Of a stretch of DNA of 19,392 bases, positions 8,296 through 15,833 are shown one piece after another. The translations under genes and the position numbers were made by a program. Positions within the stretch are counted from its first letter, which is position 1. Every line of letters begins with the position of its first letter. The notes below the pieces were generated by a model, which worked only from the letters and a program-made list of their open reading frames with translations, did no database searches and was not told where the DNA came from. Source of the DNA: Coleofasciculus chthonoplastes F2-STO-03. GTDB taxonomy: Bacteria; Cyanobacteriota; Cyanobacteriia; Cyanobacteriales; Coleofasciculaceae. The DNA lies in NCBI GenBank assembly GCA_040222015.1, contig JAVJWO010000025.1:1-19392 (forward strand). Reading direction: 5' to 3'.

Positions 8296-9093
8296 TTATC
8301 CGAGTAGAATCATATCTAACCCGACAGACTTCAGCAGTTTGTCCCAAGCCGCAATCACCGCCGGATCATTCGGGCGATCGCGCTGGAGTTTCACCAACGT
8401 CCCTAACGCTTCATACCACAGTCGTTCTTTTGCGTAAAGTACCACACGATCCTCAGGTGGTGCTTGCTGTAAGCGACGGCTTAGGGTAGGGTCAATTGAC
8501 ACTCGCCGGATTGTGCCTGCCATATAAACATCACCAGATGGATCATTGGGGTTACAGATTATTCTTACAGTCCAGTCATACTTCTGATCCACTTTCAGTG
8601 GCAGAGAACTACCCTTTAATCTCGGTATCGTTAAACTGAGTATACCGGGCGTGCCAACGACCAATTGGGCATCTTGTCCCTGATCATCGCTTGAGGTGCC
8701 ATGGGCAAAGGCATATTTGGTCGAGTAAATTTCCTGACTATCACTATTGGTTAACTTAAACTCCATGCCCCAAGCCCTTGTCCGGGGTAGATACCAAAAG
8801 ATAGTGGGATACTCCGCAAGTGTTTGTCCCATACCAGACGCCGGTACTAAGGCAATGGGATAATTGCTGAGGCAACCCGCAAACGGTAAATTGCTGCTAT
8901 CTTGTAAACCTGAATCACCAGAATTAGGCAGTGGTGAGGATTCCCATTGATCGGGTAACTGAGAACTGATCGAGGCATTGCTTAACTGCGCTTGTACCCG
9001 AACTGGCTCTTTCAGGCTCAACCCCACGATTAAAAGCAATGTTACTAAAGCGGTTATGGCTAGTTTGTGTGGGAAAAAATGGATGAGTTTCAT
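8296..9093 (-). CDS. DUF928 domain-containing secreted protein (lacks the GGTRG motif)
   Basis: Signal peptide from ATG 9093 (MKLIHFF...VQA|Q), GQTLAEYPTIFWYLP, YDWTVRIIC, YAKERLWYEAL, WDKLLKSVGL. Confidence 0.87.
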   Translation of the reverse strand: MKLIHFFPHKLAITALVTLLLIVGLSLKEPVRVQAQLSNASISSQLPDQWESSPLPNSGDSGLQDSSNLPFAGCLSNYPIALVPASGMGQTLAEYPTIFWYLPRTRAWGMEFKLTNSDSQEIYSTKYAFAHGTSSDDQGQDAQLVVGTPGILSLTIPRLKGSSLPLKVDQKYDWTVRIICNPNDPSGDVYMAGTIRRVSIDPTLSRRLQQAPPEDRVVLYAKERLWYEALGTLVKLQRDRPNDPAVIAAWDKLLKSVGLDMILLG

Positions 9094-9168
9094 AATAAAT
9101 ACATAAAAATCTTTTTTTGTCAATAAAATTATTGAATGAAAATGGCTACCCCATAACAACCAATGTTC

Positions 9169-9188
9169 AAAGGTGCGATCGCACCTTT
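9169..9188. promoter_or_regulatory. 20-bp perfect palindrome centred on HIP1 in a divergent intergenic region
   Basis: AAAGGTGCGATCGCACCTTT between the divergent DUF928 and transglutaminase-like genes; regulatory role unproven. Confidence 0.4.
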
Positions 9189-9295
9189 AAAATATTGCAG
9201 ATGCACGCCCGGAGCATCCGCCTAAATGAGGGGGTATTGACACCACCTGAGTATAGATGGCGACGCTGAAATCTAAATCTTGATATAGACTGATC

Positions 9296-10975
9296 ATGAT
9301 TCCTAATCCTGATTCCTCTGTGTCACCTAAATTGAAATCTTTCCACACCATCAGACCGATTGGGGCGGCTGCCCTACAGGGTATTGCTTTTTGGGGAGAA
9401 AAATTGATTGCCATCGATGCCACGAGTGGCTATCTGTTGCAAATCAACCCCCAAACTGACGATACCAAAATTTTGAATTCCTCGCCGGATATCGATTTTG
9501 CCGATGCGACGGGTTTAGCCATCGTAGGTGATACGCTGTGGTTGACGCGGAAAGAGAGTGTATACTATTGCCAACTCAACGGCGATCTCCAGCTTCAGCA
9601 TTTCCTGACATTACCCTACACCGCCAATGGTATTGCACTCAAGGACTCGACGGTCTATATCACCTGTCAAAAAATGGGGTATATTCTGATTTACAGTCGG
9701 GATACCGGGCAGGAGATTACCCGCTTATATGCCCCAGGAATTGGCATGGAGAAGATTACGGTGCGGGATGAGGAACTTTGGCTCTCGGATCAGGAAGAAC
9801 AGACCGTGTATTGTCTCGATCGCGCCACCGGAAACATTATTTTCAGCGTCTTAACTCCTTTTGAGAATCCCACGGGTTTAACCTTCTACCGAAACCCGCT
9901 TTCCAATCAGGACATTCTCTATGTTGCCTATGCTAGCGTTGAACCCTATATCCGCGATAATCCCAACGCCCAACCTAATCATGAACTCCAATATCGCGAT
10001 CGCACGTTTATTCATCCTCTGTACTTTCACTACAATGCCGAGGAACGCTATGCCCTCTCCAATGGCTATTTAATTGAAATGTCTTATGTGGAGGAACTGT
10101 CCCCCCTAGACGACGTAGCCATTCAGGACTTAGAATGGCGTATCGCCTTACCCTCAGAAACCCCACGCCAAAAAATCCGCGCCATTGAAGCCGTTGGGAT
10201 TCCCTTCACCGAAGAAATCCAAGGCAATCAGCGGGTAGCGGTGTTTAAATTTGATCACCTCGCCCCCGGAGAACGTCATTTATTTGGCTGGAAGGCGCTT
10301 CTGGAAGTTTGGAGTATCAAATATCGGATTACGCCCAGAGATTTAGAAAATACGCCAGAATTGCCACTTGAATACAAATCCCGCTATTTGGTAGATGATG
10401 ACGAGTTAGCCATGGATACCGAAATCATCCGCCGCGCCGCCCTTGACGCTGCGGGTAGAGAAACGAATTTATTGCGACAAATGTATAGTATTCGCAATTA
10501 TGTCTATGACCAACTCGCTTATGGAATTAAGCCCCATATTGATACCCCCGATGTGGTGTTAGCGCGAGGGATTGGTTCCTGTGGGGAGTATCTCGGTGTC
10601 TTGTTAGCCCTATCCCGTCTCAGTGGGATTGCTTGTCGTACCGTTGGTCGTTACAAATGTCCCGCCCATCCCGAGCAACGAGACATTCCCTTACAACCTG
10701 ATTTTAATCATGTTTGGATGGAATTTTACTTACCAGGATTTGGTTGGGTTCCCATGGAATCTAATCCCGATGATACTCGCGAAGGTGGCCCTTACCCGAC
10801 TCGATTTTTTATGGGATTGGCTTGGTATCATGTAGAAATTGGTAAAGGAATTACGTTTGAAACCCTGACCAGTCAAGGTGTTCCAGTTAACAAGGAAGAG
10901 GTTTCGATTGGTGATCTGGCGATTAATCATGTCCGGTTCAAAATTCTCGAAGACTTACCACCTCCGGGAGAATAG
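9296..10975 (+). CDS. Transglutaminase-like superfamily protein with N-terminal beta-propeller-like region
   Basis: Core motifs GSCGEY (Cys), ACRTVG, FNHVWMEFYLPGFGWVPME; repeated GIAF/GLAI/GIAL/GLTF blade-like motifs in the N-terminal ~210 aa. Confidence 0.85.
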   Translation: MIPNPDSSVSPKLKSFHTIRPIGAAALQGIAFWGEKLIAIDATSGYLLQINPQTDDTKILNSSPDIDFADATGLAIVGDTLWLTRKESVYYCQLNGDLQLQHFLTLPYTANGIALKDSTVYITCQKMGYILIYSRDTGQEITRLYAPGIGMEKITVRDEELWLSDQEEQTVYCLDRATGNIIFSVLTPFENPTGLTFYRNPLSNQDILYVAYASVEPYIRDNPNAQPNHELQYRDRTFIHPLYFHYNAEERYALSNGYLIEMSYVEELSPLDDVAIQDLEWRIALPSETPRQKIRAIEAVGIPFTEEIQGNQRVAVFKFDHLAPGERHLFGWKALLEVWSIKYRITPRDLENTPELPLEYKSRYLVDDDELAMDTEIIRRAALDAAGRETNLLRQMYSIRNYVYDQLAYGIKPHIDTPDVVLARGIGSCGEYLGVLLALSRLSGIACRTVGRYKCPAHPEQRDIPLQPDFNHVWMEFYLPGFGWVPMESNPDDTREGGPYPTRFFMGLAWYHVEIGKGITFETLTSQGVPVNKEEVSIGDLAINHVRFKILEDLPPPGE

Positions 10976-10986
10976 TTTTGCCGAAT

Positions 10987-11119
10987 GTAGGGGCGGGTTT
11001 GTGGGCTTTCGTTTTGCTATTGATGATAACATTTGTTCAAAACCCGCCCTTTCTGAGTGTAGGGGTTGGTTTCACTATTATCGTTTTGGGTTAAATCCAG
11101 ATGTAACTCGCGCCCTCCC
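10987..11119. repeat. Tandem GTAG-type REP-like inverted-repeat elements
   Basis: GTAGGGGCGGGTTT (10987-11000) pairs with AAACCCGCCCT (11040-11050); a second degenerate copy starts GTAGGGGTTGGTTTCAC at 11059. Confidence 0.7.
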
Positions 11120-11173
11120 CGACTCATCCTTCGCGGCGTTCAAGGACATGGTTTTGATGCCCTGTTTTTCTAC

Positions 11174-11250
11174 GAATGACAAATGACAAATGACGAATGA
11201 CAAATGACGAATGACAAATGACAAATGACAAATGACGAATGACAAATGAC
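11174..11250 (+). repeat. STRR heptamer array (RAATGAC) x11
   Basis: Eleven consecutive AAATGAC/GAATGAC units ending 4 nt before the hisA ATG. Confidence 0.95.
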
Positions 11251-11254
11251 GAAT

Positions 11255-12028
11255 ATGAACGTTATTCCAGCTATTGATTTACTTGAAGGTCGCTGTGTAC
11301 GGTTATATCAAGGCGACTATGAACAATCGCAAGTTTATAGTGAAAACCCAGTTGAGGTGGCGAAACAATGGGTTGACCAAGGGGCGAGTCGGTTACATCT
11401 GGTAGATTTAGATGGGGCGAAAGCAGGACACCCTGTTAATACTAAGACCATCGAAGCCATTGTCCAAGCGGTATCGGTTCCCGTAGAAGTTGGGGGCGGA
11501 TTGCGGGACAAGGAAGGGGTTAGTCAACTGCTTTCTCTTGGGGTTCAGTATGCGATTCTGGGAACGGCGGCGGTTGAAGATCATCCCTTGGTCGAACAAT
11601 TGTGTGCTGAATTTCCCGATCGCATTATTGTGGGGATTGATGCGCGAAATGGACAGGTAGCTACACGGGGATGGTTGGAAACCTCAGCAATTACCGCCAC
11701 TCAATTGGCACAGCAAATGGCGAATTTGGGTGTATCGGCAATAATTTATACAGACATTCACCGGGATGGTACACTCACCGGACCCAACCGCGACGCCTTG
11801 CGAGAATTAGCCAGCCATGTTTCAATTCCAGTAATTGCTTCTGGGGGTGTCAGTTCGATTACAGACTTATTAAGTTTACTGGCGTTGGAACCCTTAGGCG
11901 TGATTGGTGCGATCGTGGGTCGCGCCCTGTATACTGGTGATGTTTCCCTCAAAGAAGCCATTCAAGCCGTGGGACAAGGACGCCTTCAGGATATTCCCCC
12001 CGACTTGGGATCGTCTTCACTGGCGTGA
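11255..12028 (+). CDS. hisA: ProFAR isomerase HisA (histidine biosynthesis)
   Basis: [81 protein letters not shown]. Start set at 11255 (MNVIPAID); 11246 lies in the repeat. Confidence 0.97.
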   Translation: MNVIPAIDLLEGRCVRLYQGDYEQSQVYSENPVEVAKQWVDQGASRLHLVDLDGAKAGHPVNTKTIEAIVQAVSVPVEVGGGLRDKEGVSQLLSLGVQYAILGTAAVEDHPLVEQLCAEFPDRIIVGIDARNGQVATRGWLETSAITATQLAQQMANLGVSAIIYTDIHRDGTLTGPNRDALRELASHVSIPVIASGGVSSITDLLSLLALEPLGVIGAIVGRALYTGDVSLKEAIQAVGQGRLQDIPPDLGSSSLA

Positions 12029-12105
12029 CATCCTCCGACGATGAATCAAAGATTACATCGTCAGGTTCCCAACCTCACGATTGGGCATTGCTCCCCTACG
12101 CCAGT
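12026..12105 (-). mobile_element. IS200/IS605-family right-end remnant (non-autonomous)
   Basis: Minus strand ends ...GGAGGATGTCA with a subterminal bulged hairpin GACGATG-AATC-AAA-GATT-A-CATCGTC (12037-12062) and a second stem CCCAA...TTGGG (12068-12085), the layout of IS200/IS605 right ends. The inner boundary is uncertain. Confidence 0.55.
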
Positions 12106-12140
12106 TATCTAGACACATATAAGTACACACGCCATTTAGG

Positions 12141-12170
12141 GTAAGGGCACGATAATCAGAGTGCCCCTAC
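12141..12170. repeat. GTAG-type REP-like inverted repeat
   Basis: GTAAGGGCAC-N10-GTGCCCCTAC. Confidence 0.7.
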
Positions 12171-12307
12171 AGGTAGCTCTCAAACTCCTCATTAGTTACA
12201 GGAAACAGGGAACTCAGGATCAAGGTGGCGGTTACTAGGGCTGACAGCAGTAGCCAAAATACCTAGATTTACCTATAATCGACCCAGAATTTTTGGCTTA
12301 AAAATCT

Positions 12308-12922
12308 ATGGGTCGATTCTTGTCGATAGGGGAAGCCGCCGCCGTCAAGGGGGTGTCAATAGACACCTTGAGGCGATGGGAGAAAGAAGGAAAAATTCAG
12401 TCAGTGCGGACAGAGGGAGGACATCGCCGTTATGATATCGACGATTTGATTGACTTTATCGAGAGCCGCAAAACGATTGCCTACGCTCGTGTTTCAAGTC
12501 ATGACCAGAAAAGTGACTTAGAACGACAAGCACTAGTTCTAGAGGCTTATTGCTTGCATCATGGCTACAACTTCGAGATTATCAAGGATTTAGGTTCTGG
12601 ACTCAACTACAAAAAACGAGGACTACAGAAGCTACTCCAGCTTATTATGGACGAACAGATAGACCGACTGGTGATTACCAACAAAGACAGGCTGTTGAGG
12701 TTTGGGTCAGAACTCATATTTAGTTTGTGCGAATACTCTGGGGTGGAAATAGTCGTCCTCAATCGAAAAGAGGATTCTAGTTATGAGGAAGACCTGGCGG
12801 CTGACGTGTTAGAGATTATTACGGTATTCTCCGCTAGACTGTATGGCTCACGTTCAAGGCGCAACCAAAAGATTTTAGAGAGGCTGGTTGAAGCTGTTGA
12901 CACCTCCGATAAATCTCTTTAA
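12308..12922 (+). CDS. tnpA: IS607-family transposase (MerR-like HTH plus serine recombinase)
   Basis: LSIGEAA...GVSIDTLRRWEKEG...RTEGGHRRY; YARVSSHDQKSDLERQ; DLGSGLN; KDRLLRFG; FSARLYGSRS. Confidence 0.95.
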   Translation: MGRFLSIGEAAAVKGVSIDTLRRWEKEGKIQSVRTEGGHRRYDIDDLIDFIESRKTIAYARVSSHDQKSDLERQALVLEAYCLHHGYNFEIIKDLGSGLNYKKRGLQKLLQLIMDEQIDRLVITNKDRLLRFGSELIFSLCEYSGVEIVVLNRKEDSSYEEDLAADVLEIITVFSARLYGSRSRRNQKILERLVEAVDTSDKSL

Positions 12923-12952
12923 TATACAGAAAGCATAGATTTTTATCCGGTC

Positions 12953-14173
12953 ATGACCCAAGCCGAATCCCGCACTTATGTCACTACAACAACCAACCGT
13001 TGGGCGGTTGCGTTTTTGAATGACGCGGCGACTGTCGGCTATGATGCCAAGATTGAGTCCTTGAAGCTACTATTAGAGCAAAAGCCTCCTAGTAAGTCAA
13101 AGATTAATACTCAACTACAGAAAAATCATGACATCAACAAACGACAGGCGAACAGCATTATCGCCTATGTTGAAGGCGCAGTTAAGTCGGCCATTGAATG
13201 CCGTAGTAATCATATAAAATTGCTGCAAGGCAAACTCAAGCACACAACGGAAGTTATAGAGAAACTCGAAAAAAAGATTAACGCGCACAGTAAGTATCTG
13301 CAAGCCGTAGAGCAGGTAAATCGAGGGAAAAAGAAGAAGGTCTCAAAGTCCCTCAAGCCCAAGTATCCAGACGCTTGCCCGATGCGGTGCGCTCATCATT
13401 TAACCCTGTACCAGTTTGCCAAAGTTAAGCTTCATCAAAAGAAGCGGTATGCTCATAAGTTAAGGCAGAAGATCGCCCAGATCAAAACCTCTCCTGTACA
13501 CGTAAATCTGGGCAACAAGTATACCGTGGATGGGAATCTAGACGGCTTTAGCCAAATCAAGGTCAATATTCAATCTCAGCCCAAGGGACGCACTGAGGCT
13601 ATTTTGGTTGATGTTGTTACCGACTTGACTGAATTAGCCTTAGAGCATAAGCGTCCCATCATTGTCGAAAAACTCGATTTTACCGACAAGAGAAAACGGT
13701 TGCGCGAGTTAAATGCAAGGGCACGCCGTATGCTGAGTAACTTTGCCTACTCAAAATTCCTTCAACTCCTATTAGCCAGATGCTTCAAGCTAGGCATCCA
13801 AGTCATTGAGGTCAATCCGGCTTACAGTAGCTGGATTGGATTGATTAAGTTCATGTCTACCTATGGAATGAACTCTGCCACAGCTGCTGCCTTCGTGCTA
13901 GCGCGACGTGGAATGTTTTTATCTGAAAGGCTGCCAGCCAGAACCGCCTATCAAGGAATGGAACCGAAGAAGCACACCTGGTCACATTGGCAGTCGGTGG
14001 CGAAACGAGCCAAAGGTTCGTCTCGCCACTCCTTCTATCAGCCCAGACTAACAGTCTACTCTAGGTTACGCTCAGTACGGAACGGGGGATCATGGGATGA
14101 ACCGTCATCGGCTGCTGTCAATCCCTTCGGGGAGCTTAGAGAGGTCGGTGAGAATCCGACGGGAAGTCGTTAG
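12953..14173 (+). pseudogene. tnpB: TnpB-related protein, probably internally deleted and nuclease-dead
   Basis: RuvC-II-like IIVEKLDF, LSNFAYSKF, VNPAYSS and AAAFVLARRG are present; no GxD(L/V) RuvC-I motif before DGNL, no Asp before AAA (MNSATAAA) and no CxxC zinc finger. The ORF remains open. Confidence 0.7.
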
Positions 14174-14225
14174 TACCGCATGACGGCGTATCTTGCATAG
14201 GGAAAGCATAGATATTTTTTAGCGG
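14060..14225 (+). ncRNA. Candidate omegaRNA (right-end RNA) scaffold of the IS607 TnpB
   Basis: Overlaps the tnpB 3' end; CCCTTCGGGG (UUCG loop), GTCGG-TGAGAAT-CCGAC stem, CCGTCAT (14102-14108) complementary to ATGACGG (14180-14186). The 5' boundary is a guess. Confidence 0.55.
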
Positions 14226-14299
14226 CAAATAGGAAACAATAGATCAGGAGAAACCATTTTTTCCTAACTGAACCCTGACTCCTCAATAAATGATCCCAG

Positions 14300-15661
14300 A
14301 TGTCTGCCAAAGTTATCCTCACAGTCATCACAGGAAGTCTCAAAGGTGAGAACTTTGAATTTTGCGATCGCACGACTTGTATTCTAGGTCGCGCTAAAGA
14401 TTGCCATCCCCGACTCCCTAATGATCGGTATCACAAGACTATCTCGCGCTATCACTGTTTGCTGGATATCAATCCTCCCGATATCCGTATCCGTGACTTC
14501 GGTAGTCTCCATGGCACTTATGTTAATGGTAAGATTATCGGCAAGCGTCACCGATATCAAACGCCAACTGAAGGGGCAAAGATACAGTTTCCAGAGTACG
14601 ACTTAAAGAATGGCGACGAAATCAAGCTTCGCCATACCCGACTGCGCGTCAAAATTGAAGGGGTAAACCACAGTGACGTGAACTCCTCTGAATCACAAAC
14701 AATTGGTGTTGATCCCAGTGAGAAACCTATCTTACCCCGTCAAAGTGGGTTAAAAAGCGCTTCAACGACTCTAGGATGTGACTCTTATCTACCTAAGATT
14801 CGCGGCTACACAACGCTGAAACGATTAGGTCAAGGGGGATTAGGAACCGTCTATTTAGCCCATCATGACCAAACCGAGGAATTAGTCGCCCTCAAAATCA
14901 TGCGATCGCACAACAGGCGTCCGAGTGATGCGATCAGGCAATTCCTGATGGAGGTTGACAAAACCAAAGCTTTACAACACCCTAATATTGTTCGACTCCG
15001 GGAATTGGGTTACGACCAGGATTCCTTTTTTTTTACCATGGATTATTGTAATGGTGGCAGTGTTCTGGACTTAATGCAGCAACGCGGCGGCAAATTATCA
15101 GTCAATGAAGCCCTGTCGATTACGCTGCAAGTCTTGGATGGGTTAGACTATGCCCACACTATCCAAGTACCCGATATTACCCTAGCCCAAAGTGGTAATA
15201 TTCAAGCCCAAGGATTAGTACACCGGGATCTCAAACCGGGGAATATCTTTCTTGCCAATCTAGGATTAGGGCGTCTTGCCAAAGTTGCTGATTATGGATT
15301 AGCTAAGGCGTTTGATTTGGCAGGATTAAGTGGGTTGTCTCGCAGTGGTCAATATGCGGGGAGTCCGGCTTTTATGCCCCGACAACAGGTTCTTGATTTT
15401 AAATATGCTCAACCCGATGTTGATGTTTGGGCAACAGCGGCGTGTTTGTACTATATGTTAACGGGCAGATTACCTCGCGATTTTGGTGATCAAGATCCAT
15501 TCTGGGTTGTATTGCAAACTCAGCCTGTACCGATTCGGGAACGAGATGCTGGAATTCCTAAGGGATTAGCGGAGGTGATTGATTTAGCGCTTACCGATAA
15601 CCCTCAGATCTATTTTAAGAGTGCTGCTACTTTTAAACGGGCGTTGGAAAGTGAATTATAA
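14300..15661 (+). CDS. FHA domain-containing Hanks-type Ser/Thr protein kinase
   Basis: FHA: ILGRAKDC, ISRYHC, DFGSLHGTYVNG, LKNGDEI. Kinase: LGQGGLGTVY, VALK, HPNIV, VHRDLKPGNI, VADYGLAK, DVWA. Confidence 0.92.
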   Translation: MSAKVILTVITGSLKGENFEFCDRTTCILGRAKDCHPRLPNDRYHKTISRYHCLLDINPPDIRIRDFGSLHGTYVNGKIIGKRHRYQTPTEGAKIQFPEYDLKNGDEIKLRHTRLRVKIEGVNHSDVNSSESQTIGVDPSEKPILPRQSGLKSASTTLGCDSYLPKIRGYTTLKRLGQGGLGTVYLAHHDQTEELVALKIMRSHNRRPSDAIRQFLMEVDKTKALQHPNIVRLRELGYDQDSFFFTMDYCNGGSVLDLMQQRGGKLSVNEALSITLQVLDGLDYAHTIQVPDITLAQSGNIQAQGLVHRDLKPGNIFLANLGLGRLAKVADYGLAKAFDLAGLSGLSRSGQYAGSPAFMPRQQVLDFKYAQPDVDVWATAACLYYMLTGRLPRDFGDQDPFWVVLQTQPVPIRERDAGIPKGLAEVIDLALTDNPQIYFKSAATFKRALESEL

Positions 15662-15712
15662 GTTATAAGGTAGATGTTTAATTAAGTGGGTTTGGTACAA
15701 GTTATGTTTTTT

Positions 15713-15755
15713 TAACGCTCCAGGTAGCAGAGGGTAACGCTCCAGGTAGCAGAGG
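15713..15755 (+). repeat. Tandem duplication of a 21-bp unit (period 22)
   Basis: TAACGCTCCAGGTAGCAGAGG at 15713-15733 and 15735-15755. Confidence 0.9.
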
Positions 15756-15833
15756 AGGTTGGCTGATTGGGTTGAAAGGTTTGTCGGATTTTATGTCCGG
15801 TGGAATCAATCAAATTTGGGTGAAGATAAGTTT

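Larger units (their letters stand above)
12230..14225 (+). mobile_element. IS607-family insertion sequence
   Basis: Serine-recombinase tnpA plus tnpB; candidate junctions GGCGG|TTACT and TAGCGG|CAAAT share GCGG, fitting IS607 recombination at GG; ~10-bp-spaced short direct repeats near both ends; no HIP1 site seen inside. Confidence 0.8.

Noticed and set aside
12030..12307. Group I intron (IStron) at the IS607 left end
   Set aside because: Under 80 bp lie between the inferred left end and tnpA; the upstream hairpins are explained by an IS200/IS605 remnant and a REP, and no group I core was recognised.
12953..14173. Cas12-type CRISPR effector
   Set aside because: No array or cas1/cas2; it sits directly after an IS607 tnpA.
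15713..15755. Possible CRISPR array
   Set aside because: Only two units separated by 1 nt; no spacers and no cas genes.
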